64,000 nt of DNA, taken from NCBI GenBank assembly GCA_023213395.1, contig CM041465.1, positions 117,869,741 through 117,933,740 of the forward strand. Reading direction: 5' to 3'. Positions 50,901-64,000 of the stretch are shown here, one piece after another. The position numbers and the translations under genes were made by a program. This DNA is from Cycas panzhihuaensis. Its lineage: Eukaryota > Plantae > Cycadophyta. Position 1 is the first letter of the stretch. Every line of letters begins with the position of its first letter. The notes below the pieces were generated by a model, which made no database searches, was not told the origin of the DNA, and saw only the letters and a program-made list of their open reading frames with translations.

Positions 50901-53354
50901 ACTTCTATAGTTTGTTCATTTGAGTGAGTTGTGAGAGATCTTAAATTACAACCAACACAAAGCCAACAAGTACCTCTTATTCCTTTACAAGGGCCTTAAT
51001 AGGTTCATAAGTAATATAGACCCACCCTCAGAATAAGAATAGTAAACTTGTCCTTCCCTAAGAAGGAAAATACAAAACTCATTACAAGAAGAGGTAGTTC
51101 TCAATTTATAACCATTTCACTCATGATGATTCCCACTATTAGACTTTACATCCCAAGTTAGCATTACCATGGGATGCTTTAACAAAATCCAGATCCAAAC
51201 CTAATTTAAAGCAATCAGATTACAAGAACCCTTTACTTGATCATGAGGCTCAAAAGCCTTAAGCTCAGTAATAAGCTTAATGAGGAAGGGGAAGATCCAA
51301 ACTTTAAAAGTGACCACAATCCAATCTATCCTTAGAACTAACAAGAGAAAAAACCTTTCAATCCATAGACCAAGAGCCCATGGAAGTATCCCAACATAGT
51401 AATGGTAAGGATAAGAGAGTCATTCAAATGCTTAAGACCACTCAAGTCTTTTCCACCACTAGAGCATAGGCTACTAAGAAAGTTGAAGGAGCTTCCTCCT
51501 CATAATAACCACTTATTGAACCTCAACCTATAGAGATATCTATCTTTCCTAAGACTATTCCTATATACCTAGGGTAGTATGACCCAAGGAGGCCCTTTCC
51601 CTAACCCATAAGTAAGCGGAAGGCCTTCTTAATTATTGAGGAACTCTAAATAGTTTTTGTGGTTGTATCCATCATGGACATCCTACAAAGTTATCCTAAT
51701 CAAAGAAACTTGCTTATGGAATCCTTAAGGTATAAAAAGATCCCTATCCACATGGTCTATGTCAAATCCATAGGCTAACTAATCATCATATTTAATCTAA
51801 AGGACTAGTCTCCACAAAAGGAAAGAGAGTGCAATTACCAATTCCCCTTTGCAATTGCCATTGAGATATTAAACTATTCCTTAAATATGATAATGGTTGG
51901 CAGCAGGTCCTTAGTTAATGTTATTTTTACTTGAATGCTTAAGAAATTGTGTATTAGGGACCTTAAGCCTATCCTTTGGAGATGTTAAGGGTATGATGAG
52001 AAAGGATCCCTTGGGAATAATTAAAATTCCCCTTAATCTTAAAGATAAAATGGTTCTCATAAAGATCATAATCATGGATATAGAAGTGGATTATAACCTT
52101 CTCTTAGGATGCCTCTAATTAGATCACATTGGGGTAGTTTGTTCTACCTTATAGAACTAACTACAGTTTATCATAATAGCTAGGTATGCATTAATACACA
52201 TGAAATTTCCCCTCCTAGTTCCTCCTAGAAGGCTATATAAGTAAATTTTGATGATGAGGCTAAAGAAATAGTCAAGCCCGACCCATGGTTTAAGTCCTTT
52301 TTTTAGGAACCAAGCCCCTAGATTAATTCAAATTCCTCTCATTTAGGACTTAGTATAACTTACTTTAATTTTATTAGCATGGGTAGCTATGGATACTTAG
52401 TTGTTTTTAACAACCCTAAGTCTAATCTAAAAGATGAGAGGCCTCCTTCATGCCATGTGGCCATGATCGCCTACACCCAAGGGGTTGTATCCCCCAAGGA
52501 TACTCCTCTTTTTGGTCCTTATCGAAGGTCCTTTCCATTAAAAAAACCCTAATAAGACCCTATGAAAAACCCTGAGACCACTCCATCATCTTCTTTAACT
52601 CATAAAGCCTCTCCTTTCTAGTGAGCTTAGCTTGTGTAATATTGATGCCAACTCATCCACACTTAGCACTCCAACTTTTGTGAGGAGATTATTGAGCTAC
52701 TATTCATAGTTCTACCCCCTCCTTAACCTATTCCATGACCCACCTATCCTATGGAAGCACCATTGGCAGTCACTTACTTAGAAAATATGTTCAAGGTTGT
52801 TGAAGCCCAAACCACCCAACCTTTTGACCTCTAAGTTATAGTTAGAAGTTTTAAAATTCATAAAGCATGTCTTGGTTCGCAATCCTATTGTGTTATCATA
52901 GTACTTAAATGGATTTAGAATAATGTCTCCTATAGGAGAGTTGAAGGACTCATCCCTCTCACGAGTCATAAATATAATTTATTGGGTTTAGGATTATCTT
53001 AATCCTATAGCCATGTAACTCAATCCATCCCAAAGTCTTTAAATCAATGACTTAGATATTAAGTTAGTTATATCTTCCTATATGATGAATCTATCATTTG
53101 CAATACCATTCCCATTTTCCCCTAATACATATGCAATAAGCCTCTTGATTTTGATCCTGAACTTAAGGATATTTGAGCTTCTATTCCCCAACTAGTACCT
53201 CTAGTTAGGTCACACTGCATCCATCATTGATGATACTATGATTTTGATTCTTTTGAATACTCTCTACATCTCTTCAAGTGGTAAGTAAATTACTACACTA
53301 ATCCCCCTCTCAAAGATCATGAACTCATAATTTAGGAGAAAGTAATACATAATA
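42000..53354 (+). mobile_element. Old Gypsy element, copy B (same family as copy A), split by the 44246-48425 insertion
   Basis: Gag-like remnant at ~50250-50830. Aspartic-protease-like remnant at 51830-52170 (IMVGSRSLVNV...DIEVDYNLLLG). Homologous to copy A; boundaries approximate. Confidence 0.7.
44246..48425 (-). mobile_element. Deleted, decayed Copia element
   Basis: LTRs 44246-44580 and 48090-48425. Reverse PBS gctctgatacca at 48078-48089, reverse PPT at 44581. TSD ctttt/ccttt. RT and integrase remnants at ~44700-46100. Confidence 0.85.
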
Positions 53355-55059
53355 TGAAGTAATTCTAAATTGGATCTACTTATATAAGAATTAAAAAAAC
53401 TAAAATAAAAGCTAAATAGGCACAATTATCTTAGACATCAATTATGAAATAAAATTAGGATTAACCTAAAAATAAAACTTATAAAATGAGTTAGGGGTTT
53501 CCCCTATTTATAAGTGCTAATATGGCTCACTATTATAAAACCAACTTCAATAATAATATTAATTTAAAAAAATGCTAATTTCCTAATATAGAAATTGACT
53601 TTATATTAATGAAAAGTATCACTCCCTAATAATAATACTAATAATAAAACTAACTGCTAATAAAATAACAACTTCTCTTCAATAGAATAAGATTAATACA
53701 ATCCATTCCTCCTTTAAAAAATATGTTTTCCATGAAATTTTATAATTTGGTTGCTTAGAAGTCTAGAGCATGTATGTCCTTATGCATATATCTCTAAGCC
53801 TCCACATAATAGGTCTTAAATATCATAGGCTTTAGATTCCCTATTACCTCATTATCTCAAAGGAACCTATATATATCCTCTTCTTATTTGTAATATTACT
53901 CTATCTAGAACTACTTTTATAGGTGACTCTCTCATTGATTAATCCTCAAACTTATGCATTCTAGGATCTTATATCTTGGTTGCATATTGTCTCCATTTGT
54001 AGTTGTCCTTAAGGAAAATTTGAGGGATTATAATGAAAATATATGGAATATAGAAATTATATTAGAAAGGTAGATTTTAGAAATAATAGGTAGAAATGTA
54101 AAGGTGGGATTACATGTAAGGGACAATCAATATATTGGTTAAATTACATGAGGAGAGGTATGTGTGGTACACATTAAGGATAGGAAATTAAAAAACATAA
54201 GGCATAAATGATATAAATGAGTTATTTCAGGGGGTAAACTAAGGGGAAGTATATATAGGTAATGTGATATATGATTACTAGGTTGGATAAGAGGTAGACA
54301 AAAAGGATTTATAAGTGATTAAGGTCTTATTATATAGAATAAAGGGTAATTGAATCTAGATCTACTAGTGAATTTAGGATTTTAATAGAATAAGGAAAAC
54401 AAGTAGGGAATAAGGACTAGGCATTCCTTATGGGAAAAAGATTTTAGTAATGGTATATAGAGATAATTTGTAGAGTAATATAAAGGGTTAACAGAAAAAT
54501 AATATAGGTAGTGAAGGTTAGTTATGATTAGGGTAGGGTTGTAGAGGGGAAAAAGTTAATGCTTTATAAAAGGGGTGTATAATAATAGTATTAGAGATCA
54601 AAGGTTAGAAGACAAGGAATATAGGGGGTGGTAATAAAGATTCTTCCTAGGGAATATGGCATAAAAGGATATCTCAAGTAGAATAGGAATCTCACCTACT
54701 AAGAGTAGGGGACCAAGGGCTTCATGTCCTAATTTGTTTATAGAATTTTGTGATATAAGATATGTAGAAATTAAGGAATATAGTAGAATATGATTATTTC
54801 ATGATTACTAAAAAATATTAACAAATCTCTAAATGGTAGGTGGTTTTGAAAAACACCAGTGTATTAAGCACCATTTATTTATAGGCCAAGAGGTGGGTGA
54901 GAATCTACCTCAATCAATACTTTTTTTAAAATTAAAATAATAAAATAATACTTACCTTTATCTAATGACAATTATAGTCAGTTAGAGTGGCTTTGTATAC
55001 TCCCAACATATTTACATAATCTTTAACATAAGATAATGAACATTATAACTAACATTCTC

Positions 55060-58000
55060 CCCCATAATATTCATTATGTATAACTCTAAGCTTTTCTCTG
55101 AATTTATGGAACTTAAATTTTCTAAGTGCCTTTGTAAAGATGCTTATTGCTTGATCTTTTATACTGTCATAAACCAACTCTATTTCACTTACTTGGATGA
55201 GTTTCCAAATGAAATAATACTACATCTTAATATGTTTGGTTCTACCTTGGAAGACTAGATTATATGTTATTTGAATAGTACTTTCATTATCATACCAAAT
55301 CTTAGTAGGACCATTTTGTTCTAACTGGAGATCATATAGTAGTCTATGTAACCATACTGTTTCACATGTACCTGATATTACTACATTATACTCTACTTCT
55401 GCTATGGATAATGAAATAATATTCTACTTTTTGGAACTCCATGAAATAGCTCCTGAATATAAACTAAAGGTATATCTAGAAGTAGACTTTCTATCATCAA
55501 TGTCACCTACCCAATCAGAATTTGTATACCTAATCAATCTAAAATTTGCTAAAGGTTTGTAGTATAGTCCATAGTTTATCATACTCTTTAGATACCATAG
55601 AATATGCTTAACTACTTGCCAATGGGTAGATTTAGGATATTGTATAAATCTCAACACAACACTAACCACATGCATGATATCAGGTTGTATTAAATTCAAT
55701 TATATTAGGCTCCCAATCAACTGTATATATAATATAGGATCCATAAGTGTAGCATCATCAAGTTTGTATAGTTTGATACCAACTTCTATTAGTATGGATA
55801 AGTCCTTATAATCACTCATATTAAAATTTTAGAGTAAGTCTAACATATATTTCCTTTGAGAAATGAAGATACCATCATTATCTTGTCAAACTTCTAATCC
55901 TAGGAAGTAATGTATCAATCCCAAGTCTATCATTTTGAACTCTTTACACATATCATCCTTGAATTTTTTAGAGAGGTAGGAGTCATTTCCTATATAGATA
56001 CGATTATCAACATAAAGTCCCATAATTAATATAGAATCTCCTTCAATTTTAATGTATATATTCATATCTGATTAAGTTCTTTCAAATCCTTAGTCTCTAA
56101 AATATTTGTCTATCCTAGAGTACCATGCTCTAGGTGCTTGTTTAAACCATAAAGTACCTCTTTCAGTTTATACACTTTATTTTATTCCCTTCTAACTTTA
56201 AAAACTTTTGATTGTTTAACATAACTGTTCTCTTTAATGTAGCCATTAAGAAAAGTACATTTAACATTCATTTAGTGAATATCCTAACTCTTTTAGGCAA
56301 CTAGACTCGACATCATATAAATGGTCTCCATCCAAGTAATAGGAGCAAAAGTTTCACTATAATCTATTCCTTCTCTTTAGGTATATCCTTTGGCAATGAG
56401 TTTTGCTTTATATTTGTTACTGGATCCATCTGATTTGAATTTAGTCTTATAGAACCATTTAATTCTAATGGTTATTTTATTAGGCAGAAGGTCAACAAGT
56501 TTCCATGTATTATTTTTTACTATAGAATTATATTCTTGTTCTATAGCTTTCCTTCATTCATCATAAGTATCTACCTCTTCAAAAGTATGAGGCTCATAGA
56601 CAGCCATTACTTGACTCATAAGGGTGAAGTTAACTCAATATGAACAAGTAGATCTCCTATCAAAGTTGTTACTAAATATGTTATCTAAGTCATGACTTCT
56701 TTGACCCATTTAAAGACCCTTTGAGGTTGTGAGGAGGATCCCTTATCACTTAGCATTAATACACTAATATTTTACCTTGAATCATATCTAGGTGACATAT
56801 AGATGGACCTAGGAGATGAGTCAATGTTTACCATAACATTCTTGCCTTTATCTTGAATATAAGTTGAGTGATAGTAATCATCCTCTTTAAATACAACATC
56901 TCTACTAACCATTGTTTTTCTTTCTTTGGGGTCATATACATTATATGATTTGGACATATTACTATACCTAATAAATATGCACTTAGTACTATTATCATCA
57001 AGTTTAGTCCTCTTTTATTTAGAAACATGGACATAGGCTAGGCATCTAAAAATTTCAAGTGATGGATACTAGTTTTGTAACCAATCCATGCTTCTTTGGG
57101 TGTCATCCACCTAAGGGTCTTGGTGGTCCACCTATTGAGGAGGTAAACTATAGTGTCGATAGCTTCTACCCAAAACTCATATCCTAATTTCTTGTCTTTG
57201 AGCATGCACCTAACCATCTCAACTATGGTGCAATTTTTCCATTTCGTAACCCCATTTTGTTATGGAGTGTAAGAGTTTATGTATTGCCTTCTAATCCCAT
57301 GATATGTACAATAGGCATTAAATTTATTAGAAATATACTCTTCCCTATTATCTGATCTTAAGAAAAGTATCTTGTATCCAATTTACTTTTCCACAAAGGC
57401 TTTAAAGTCTACAAAGAATTGAAAAGCATCTGACTTAAATTTCAACAAATAAACCTATGTTTTCCTTGTGTAATCATCAATGAAGGTGATGAAATACTTA
57501 GTACTAGCTAGTGATGGGACATCCATTGGACTGCAAAGATTTGTATAGATTAAATAAAGTGGCCCTTTTTCTCTATAGCTTCCATCAAGAAAACTATTTC
57601 TATGTTGCTTCCCTATGAGGCAACCCTCACAAATATCTTTATTAGATTTGATTTGCGATAGCCCTTCAACCATATTTATTCTCTTAATAAGAGCTAAGTT
57701 TCCATAATTTAGGTGGTTTAACCTTTGTGCCACATGTCATTATCTAATTTGATTATTGTCTTTAATGCATAGTTATCTGAAGCAGTTAAAACTAACTTGA
57801 AAAGTCTATCTTTAGTCATCTTTCCTTTTATAACAATAACTTTATTCTTCCTCTTATATTTGATAGTTTATTCACCATTGTCAAATATAACTTTATAGTC
57901 TATTTCCATCATCTGTCCTACTAATATAAGAATTTTCCTTAAAGCTAGAAAATAGAGAACTTCATCAAGATATATGTTTTCACCTAAATCTACCATGATG

Positions 58001-59293
58001 ATAACTTTACCTCTTCTAGTAGATTCATATGATGTGTCATCACTAAACATGATTGAGTCCTTCCTAGTCTTGTAAATAGTTTTAAATATCTCTTCTTTAT
58101 AGGTCATATATGTAGTGTAACCAGAGTTTATATACTAATAATCTTCTACTTTTTCATGGGTAATAAATCTTCATAAGAATAGATGATTATTCTCTCTAGT
58201 TTTAACAACTGCATTAGCACTACCCCTTATAGGAAGGCCATTCTTAGAAATGCACCTATCCTCAGTATGGCTAAATTTATGGTAAAATATACAATAAATT
58301 AGATCCCTTCCTCTTTGGCTAAGACTCTTGATTCTAGGATTTCCTCTATCAATGGAGGATTTCCTTCTACTTTCCAAGTATAGACCTTGATTATCCCTAT
58401 ATGTATTACTTGAATGATTGAAGTTAGGCCTTTGAAAGTTAGTATGACCTTGGCAATTTTGACAAGACTGGTTTGCTTCTTGATATCTCTCTTGGATTTG
58501 ATATCTTTGTTGGCTAGGATATATTTGATTTGCTTCTTGATTTCTTTAGTGGGGAGATTGGTATCTAGGTTAACACTCTGATGTATCTCTTGTCTAGGAT
58601 TTCTATCTCTCCCCCTTGGGTATTAGTTCCTTAATCTTGAACTTTTAGCTTGATCCTTGCCTTAGTTACAAAAGCATATTCTAAGGATTTGTTTAAGCTT
58701 TTCCTCTCTTCAATAGCCATTAATATGGCACTCAACTACTTAATCTTCAACATACTTAGGTCTTTTGAGACTTCTATACTTGTTACTATCATTTCAAACC
58801 TTTTAGCTTTACCAACATATTTAAGTGTCCTTTAAATAACCCTTTGTCTAGTTAGGGTCTCACCAAGAGATCTCATTTGATTCATAAGGTCTTGAACATT
58901 TGTTATGAATTCATTAATAGACTCATTGGGCATTATCCTCAAGTTTTTAAATTTGATCCTTAATGTTTAGAGCTTAGATGAGGCTACACCTTCATAAATG
59001 AGCTACAATATGTCTCATGCCTCTTTAGACTTAGATGCCTCACTAACCCTTACAAAGATGTGGTCTTCTAGGGTATAAAAAATCAAGGCTAAAACTTCAT
59101 TATCCTTTTTTACACATTCTTTAAATGCTTATTTTTCTACTTTAGTTGTATTTTGACCAAGTTCTGTGTATTATGTCTTCACAATGTACCACATATCTTT
59201 AGCAATAAGGATGGGTCTTATCCTCCTACTCTAATTCAAAACATTCAATCCATCAAACTTGGGAATGATTATGTTATCAAAACTAGTAGCCAT
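55060..59293 (-). pseudogene. gag-pol: Copia gag-pol pseudogene (gag, knuckle, protease, integrase, RT, RNase H in Copia order)
   Basis: ORF fragments CIFYHKFSHTEDRC, RLNHLNY...CEGCLIGKQHR...YFITFIDDYTR, YNVYDP...VSRDVVFKE and YTNSDWVGDIDDRKSTS. Many stops and frameshifts. Confidence 0.93.
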
Positions 59294-59633
59294 TGTGTTT
59301 CAAAATAAAGTTTTATTCAAATGTTTCCCAAGGTATAGTTTTGAAATAATATGTCATATTCCCTAAAAGGTTGTTAGGCTCTAAGTTTATGGGTCTTTAA
59401 GGAAGCATTTAGTTACTATTATGTCTAATGGTGCTTCCCTACAAGTGAAAAATCAAGGACCTAATATATTGGTATATGAGTGTTAGGCTCTATATACCTC
59501 AATACATAGGCTATAAAGAAGGTATAAAACCTTTTGACTTGTTTATCCATGTATGTTGAACTTATGCCTAGTGACAGATCTAGTGGTGATAGCTTTAGAA
59601 ATCAAGGTACTCATCCCCTTAGGTCTAGCCTAC

Positions 59634-59693
59634 TCTCTGAACTCCAAAAGAAAAGGTTTAGCCTGGTCTCTGAACTCCAAAAGAAAAGGTTTA
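59634..59693. repeat. 33-bp-period tandem duplication with 27 bp perfectly identical
   Basis: tctctgaactccaaaagaaaaggttta at 59634-59660 and 59667-59693. Confidence 0.9.
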
Positions 59694-62384
59694 CTCCAAC
59701 TCAGTCTACCACCATATACATCTAATAGTCAATGGCATTCCTCATTTAATATAAGTATGCCAAGGGTGTGTGCGGGGTGGTAACTTTAGGGGTCTTAATT
59801 GTTCTCCTTGCAGGGTTGGAAATAGGGTGTTCTTTTGGAAGTTTATCTTATTTAATGTGAAAATATATTTTATATATAGTCTTATTTAGCAAATAAGGTT
59901 CCTTCTTAACAAACAAAGTGAGATTTAATTTCTTTAAATTTCATTAAAGTTAATGTGTTGGGCCAAGTACACCAACACATTAAAGTAGCCCAATACATTA
60001 AAGCTATTAACTTTCTTTAATAACAAACACAAATTTGAGAAAATATAGATTGTATTAAGTATATAAATAAAAAATATTTAAATATTTGATAAACTATACA
60101 AAACTATTAATAAAAACTTTATAAAAATGAATAAATATTTAATATAATGCTTATCATGAGTTGCTTGATTACTCTAATACTAAATATAGAAATTAGAGAG
60201 AAAAGCAAAATAGGAATATTCCATGATTATCGAAAAATATTAACAAATCTTTAAATGGTAGGTGGTATTGAAAAACACTGGTGTATTAAGTACCATTTAG
60301 TTATAGGTCATGAGGTGGGTAGAAGCTCGCCTCAATCGACATATTTTTAAAACAAAAATAATAAAATATTAAATAAAATAATACTTACCTTTATCTAATG
60401 ATGATTGTAGTTAGTTAGAGTGGTTCCATATACTCCCAATATATTTACACAAATTTTAACATAGGATATTGAACATTATAACTAACAAGATAGGGAGGAG
60501 ATAGTTTGCAAGGCTATAGAACTTGTGAAACTAAGATAAACAAGGAAACTTCCAAAAGAAATGGCCAAATGTAAAATAGAAGTGGAATTTAAATTAAGTA
60601 CATTTTTAGAATCATCTTGCATCTTAGATCCTTTCTTGAGTGACTCATTAATGAGCATTTCTTTCCTTGATTCATGTGAGTCATTTATCGCTTTATCATT
60701 CTAGTCATGGATAGACTTCTCATTAGATTATTCTTTAATTTGATCACCTAGTTCTTTGTGCATGATACTTGCATTTTCTTCATGTAGCTCCTTTATGGGC
60801 TCTTCACTATATTATTTTTTTACTTAACTAGCTCTTTCTTTTATTTTTCTTACACAATCTTCCATGCTCTCTAAAAAAGTAAAGATTTCCAAATGCTCAC
60901 TTATGATGTCTTCCTTTTAATATTTATCTTTAAAATTTATAAAGGCTTTACGAAACATATATTTAGTAATGTATTTATTCTAATAATTATGCCACCATCT
61001 TCTAATTTGTTCATTAAAGAGTATGAGAAATCTTTTTCTGAAGAGTTCTCACTAAATCCAATGAGATGTATTAAAGGTCCATCCATGAATCTTTCTATGA
61101 AAATATGGCTTAATAGTTGGACAAAATCTAATTCTTAATATTTTAGTAATTTTAAAATGTGCTTCAACCTTATCTAGCCATTCTATGGATTATACTTCTC
61201 CCTCCTCCATGAAAATAAGGATGTATGGCTTTATTATTAAATATTAACTTTAAATAACAACTAATATATTAAATCAAATCTAAAATATATTTAATAATAG
61301 CTTAAAATAATGGCCTCTAAATCAACATTCTAACACTTTAGATGAAATTGAATTATGATGCCTGTAGCAAAAATTATATCCCTTTTAAGATGGGTTATAA
61401 TTAGGATTTTTAAGAACTATAGCAACACTTATTACTAAAATGCCAATAACTTTTTCCTCTAATATCTAATCGATCTAAAACCACTTCCCAAAGAAAGTAG
61501 GCATCAAGACATATATATTTAAAAAATAATTTAAAGTCAATCAGATACTTATAGCCAAAGTTATAACTATTTCAAGTAGTAGTAGTAGATTTTAGACCCT
61601 AATGCTAGTGATAAATAATAGGCTGAAACTAAATTCTTTATTATTTTTATAATGTTACTAGAAAAACTACTATATAACCACTTAAAATTTGTAGTATATA
61701 TTTGGTTGACTTAGATTCATAATTATTTTCTTAAAAGTCTTTCATTTATACTCCCTAAAATATAGATCCTTGATATGCCATAAATAAAGCTTTGATACCA
61801 CTTGAAGTAAACCTAAATTGAATTTACTTTCATAAATATAAAAGAAAACTAAAATAAAAGCTAAATAAGCACAATTATTTTGAATACCAAGTGCTAAATA
61901 AAATTAAGATTAATCCAAAAATAAAACTTCTAAAATGAATTAGGGGTCTTCCCTATCTACAGGTGTCAATATAGCTCCCTATTAGAAAACTAACTTTAAT
62001 AATAATATTAATAAAAAAAAAATCAATTTCCTAATATAAAAATTGACTTCATATTAATAAAAAGTACCATTCTCTAATAATAATAATAATAATAAAACTA
62101 ACTTTTATTAAAATACCAAATTCTCCCTAATGGAATATGATAAGTACACAACATTGATTGCTTTGAGAATAATAAGACATTGTTGGAGTACCTCCTAGGT
62201 GTGGCTCCTAACCTTCCTCTAAATTACCACAAATTAAGGTTTTGAAACTATCTTACCATTAATTTATAATTGGTTGATCTTGTTATAGCTCAAACCGCCT
62301 TCTACCCACTCCATAATAAAGCCCCTCCTTATTTTAAGGAGATGAATATCTTCCTGATGGGAAAAACCATAGATATCATCCTTG

Positions 62385-64000
62385 TGTTAAGAGCATTATG
62401 ATCTATTATTCATGTGCATTGATCACAAATATCAAATAAACTAGCTACAATGAATAATGACATGTAAAAATAGAAAAAGCAAAGAAAATGATGAAGTTAC
62501 AAGTAAATTTATCACTATGTATGGTTCTCTTATAGGCAAAGCTTTTGCATTAATCACTAGAATACATAAGCTACAAAGATGTGGGGTATACTATGTAGGC
62601 CATCCGTCAATATTTCAAAGTATATGATAGGCTGACTAAGCGGCAAGGAGGAAGACCCGACCTCATTATCAAATATCATTAAATTACATCAAGGGTCCAT
62701 TAACTATTATAATATAAACATAAAATTATAAAAATACAAGAAATAATAGGTGCTATTATAAAGTTTTAGTACCCTCCCTTAATAGCAGTTTTATTTCTTC
62801 TGATGTTGAGGTCGTATCTAAACCATTCAAACTTTAGTTTACTAAATACTTTGGTGAAGATGTTAGCCACCTGGTCCTTAATAGGATGGTAAATGAGATC
62901 AACTTCTTTATTCTAAATATACTTATGGATAAAGTGGTGATGGACCTCAATGTACTTGGTTCTAATATGGAATACAAGATTCTTCATCATCTTCTACATA
63001 CTTTGATTATCACAATAAAGGATGGTGGGTGTATGGTGTTGAAGTCCAAGTTTAGTCAGAATCCTTCTAAGCCAAATCAACTCAGTTGTAGCATGGACAA
63101 CAACTTTATATTTTACTTTAGTGGAGAAAAGGGTAATATTAGGTTGCTTCTTATAACTCCACAAGATTACAACTGAGTTCATATCAAAATAATATCTTGA
63201 ATTTGAATGGTGAGTTGCCCAATCAACATCTGTATGTCCTTGTAGAATAAGAGAGTCAGTTTGGTTGTACTGAAGGCCAAATTGATGTGTGCCATGGATA
63301 TATTTAAGGATCCTAATGGTTACTTTCTAATGAGATGCTTTTGGTTATGACATGTACTTCAAGAAGATCCCTACTACATATGAAATATCTACATGAGTGT
63401 GGATGAGATAGATGAGACTCTCAACTAATTATTAGTGTAAAGTGGGATCGAAAGACTTTTCTTATTTATCCAGGTTTAGCTTAGTTCTTATCTCTATGGG
63501 AATTGGTACTAACTTGCATTTTGTCATCTTGAATCTTTTTAAGAGCTCATTGGCATACTTAGTTTGAGTTAGGAAGATGTATCCTAGTTCTTGCCAAACT
63601 TTAATTTCAAGGAAGTAATGGAGCAACCCAAGATTTATTATCTCAAAGTTATTTTTTAGTTCTAATTAAAGCCAAGCAATGCCATTTGTATTATTACTAG
63701 TGATTTCAAGGCTATCTACATATAGAACAATGATTGTGATCAAATTATTTCTAACATGAATGTAGAGAATAGGGTTAGAGGGTGAATGATTAAATCCATA
63801 TTAGTTAAGGCATCTATCTTTATATGCTAGGTATGTGGTGCCTGCTTGAGTCTATAAAGGGATTTCTTGAGTCTGTAAACTAAGTGTTCTTATCCTAGAA
63901 TAACATAGTTGGTGGATTGTTTTAAGAAAAACTCTTCTTTGAGCTCTCTATTAAGGAAAGTATTCTTCACATCCATTTGATAAACATGGCATCTAAATTA
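62385..64000 (-). mobile_element. 3' part of a decayed Copia element (RT/RNase H ~62790-64000; probable 3' LTR ~62385-62770)
   Basis: ORF 62994-63182 WSYKKQPNITLFSTKVKY...ELIWLRRIL...LYCDNQS is RNase H. Reverse PPT 'ccctcccttaa' at ~62772. The left LTR edge is tentative. Confidence 0.8.

Larger units (their letters stand above)
54763..60487 (-). mobile_element. Full-length but decayed Ty1/Copia retrotransposon
   Basis: LTRs 54763-55054 and 60185-60487. Perfect TSD agata. Reverse PPT 'ttctccccc', degenerate PBS at ~60171-60182. Confidence 0.93.
53355..62153 (-). mobile_element. Decayed LTR element (probably Gypsy) hosting the Copia at 54763-60487
   Basis: LTRs ~53355-53705 and 61803-62153 align. 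Reverse PBS gctttgatacca at 61789-61800. Gag-like 'EWLDKVEAHF' near 61160-61190. No matching TSD was found. Confidence 0.7.

Overview
This is a very AT-rich, CpG-depleted plant intergenic region made almost entirely of nested, decayed LTR retrotransposons. It contains no intact host gene. At least ten insertions can be delimited, most with matching 5-bp target-site duplications (TSDs). The main observation is a non-autonomous Copia-derived family present in four copies: E4 <1-3432 (-), E1 3646-9545 (+), E2 19175-29273 (-) and E3 31403-37487 (+). Its layout is 5'LTR, one to several stacked tRNA-iMet primer-binding sites (PBS), a variable cargo slot, a conserved non-coding spacer, a truncated gag, the polypurine tract (PPT) and the 3'LTR. 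The cargo slots hold stitched fragments of host genes: RPL37, an organellar HSP90, an axonemal dynein heavy chain (DNAH10/inner-arm I1-alpha-like) and an SR30/SR34-like splicing factor. Every identifiable fragment is antisense to the element. The dynein fragment is visible only after removing a nested 4.5-kb insertion. It points to a plant lineage with flagellated sperm (cycad or Ginkgo-like), or to a fossil of lost flagella. A decayed full-length Copia (54763-60487) has a gag and LTR motifs clearly related to this family. All protein identifications come from manual translation and recalled motifs, not database searches.
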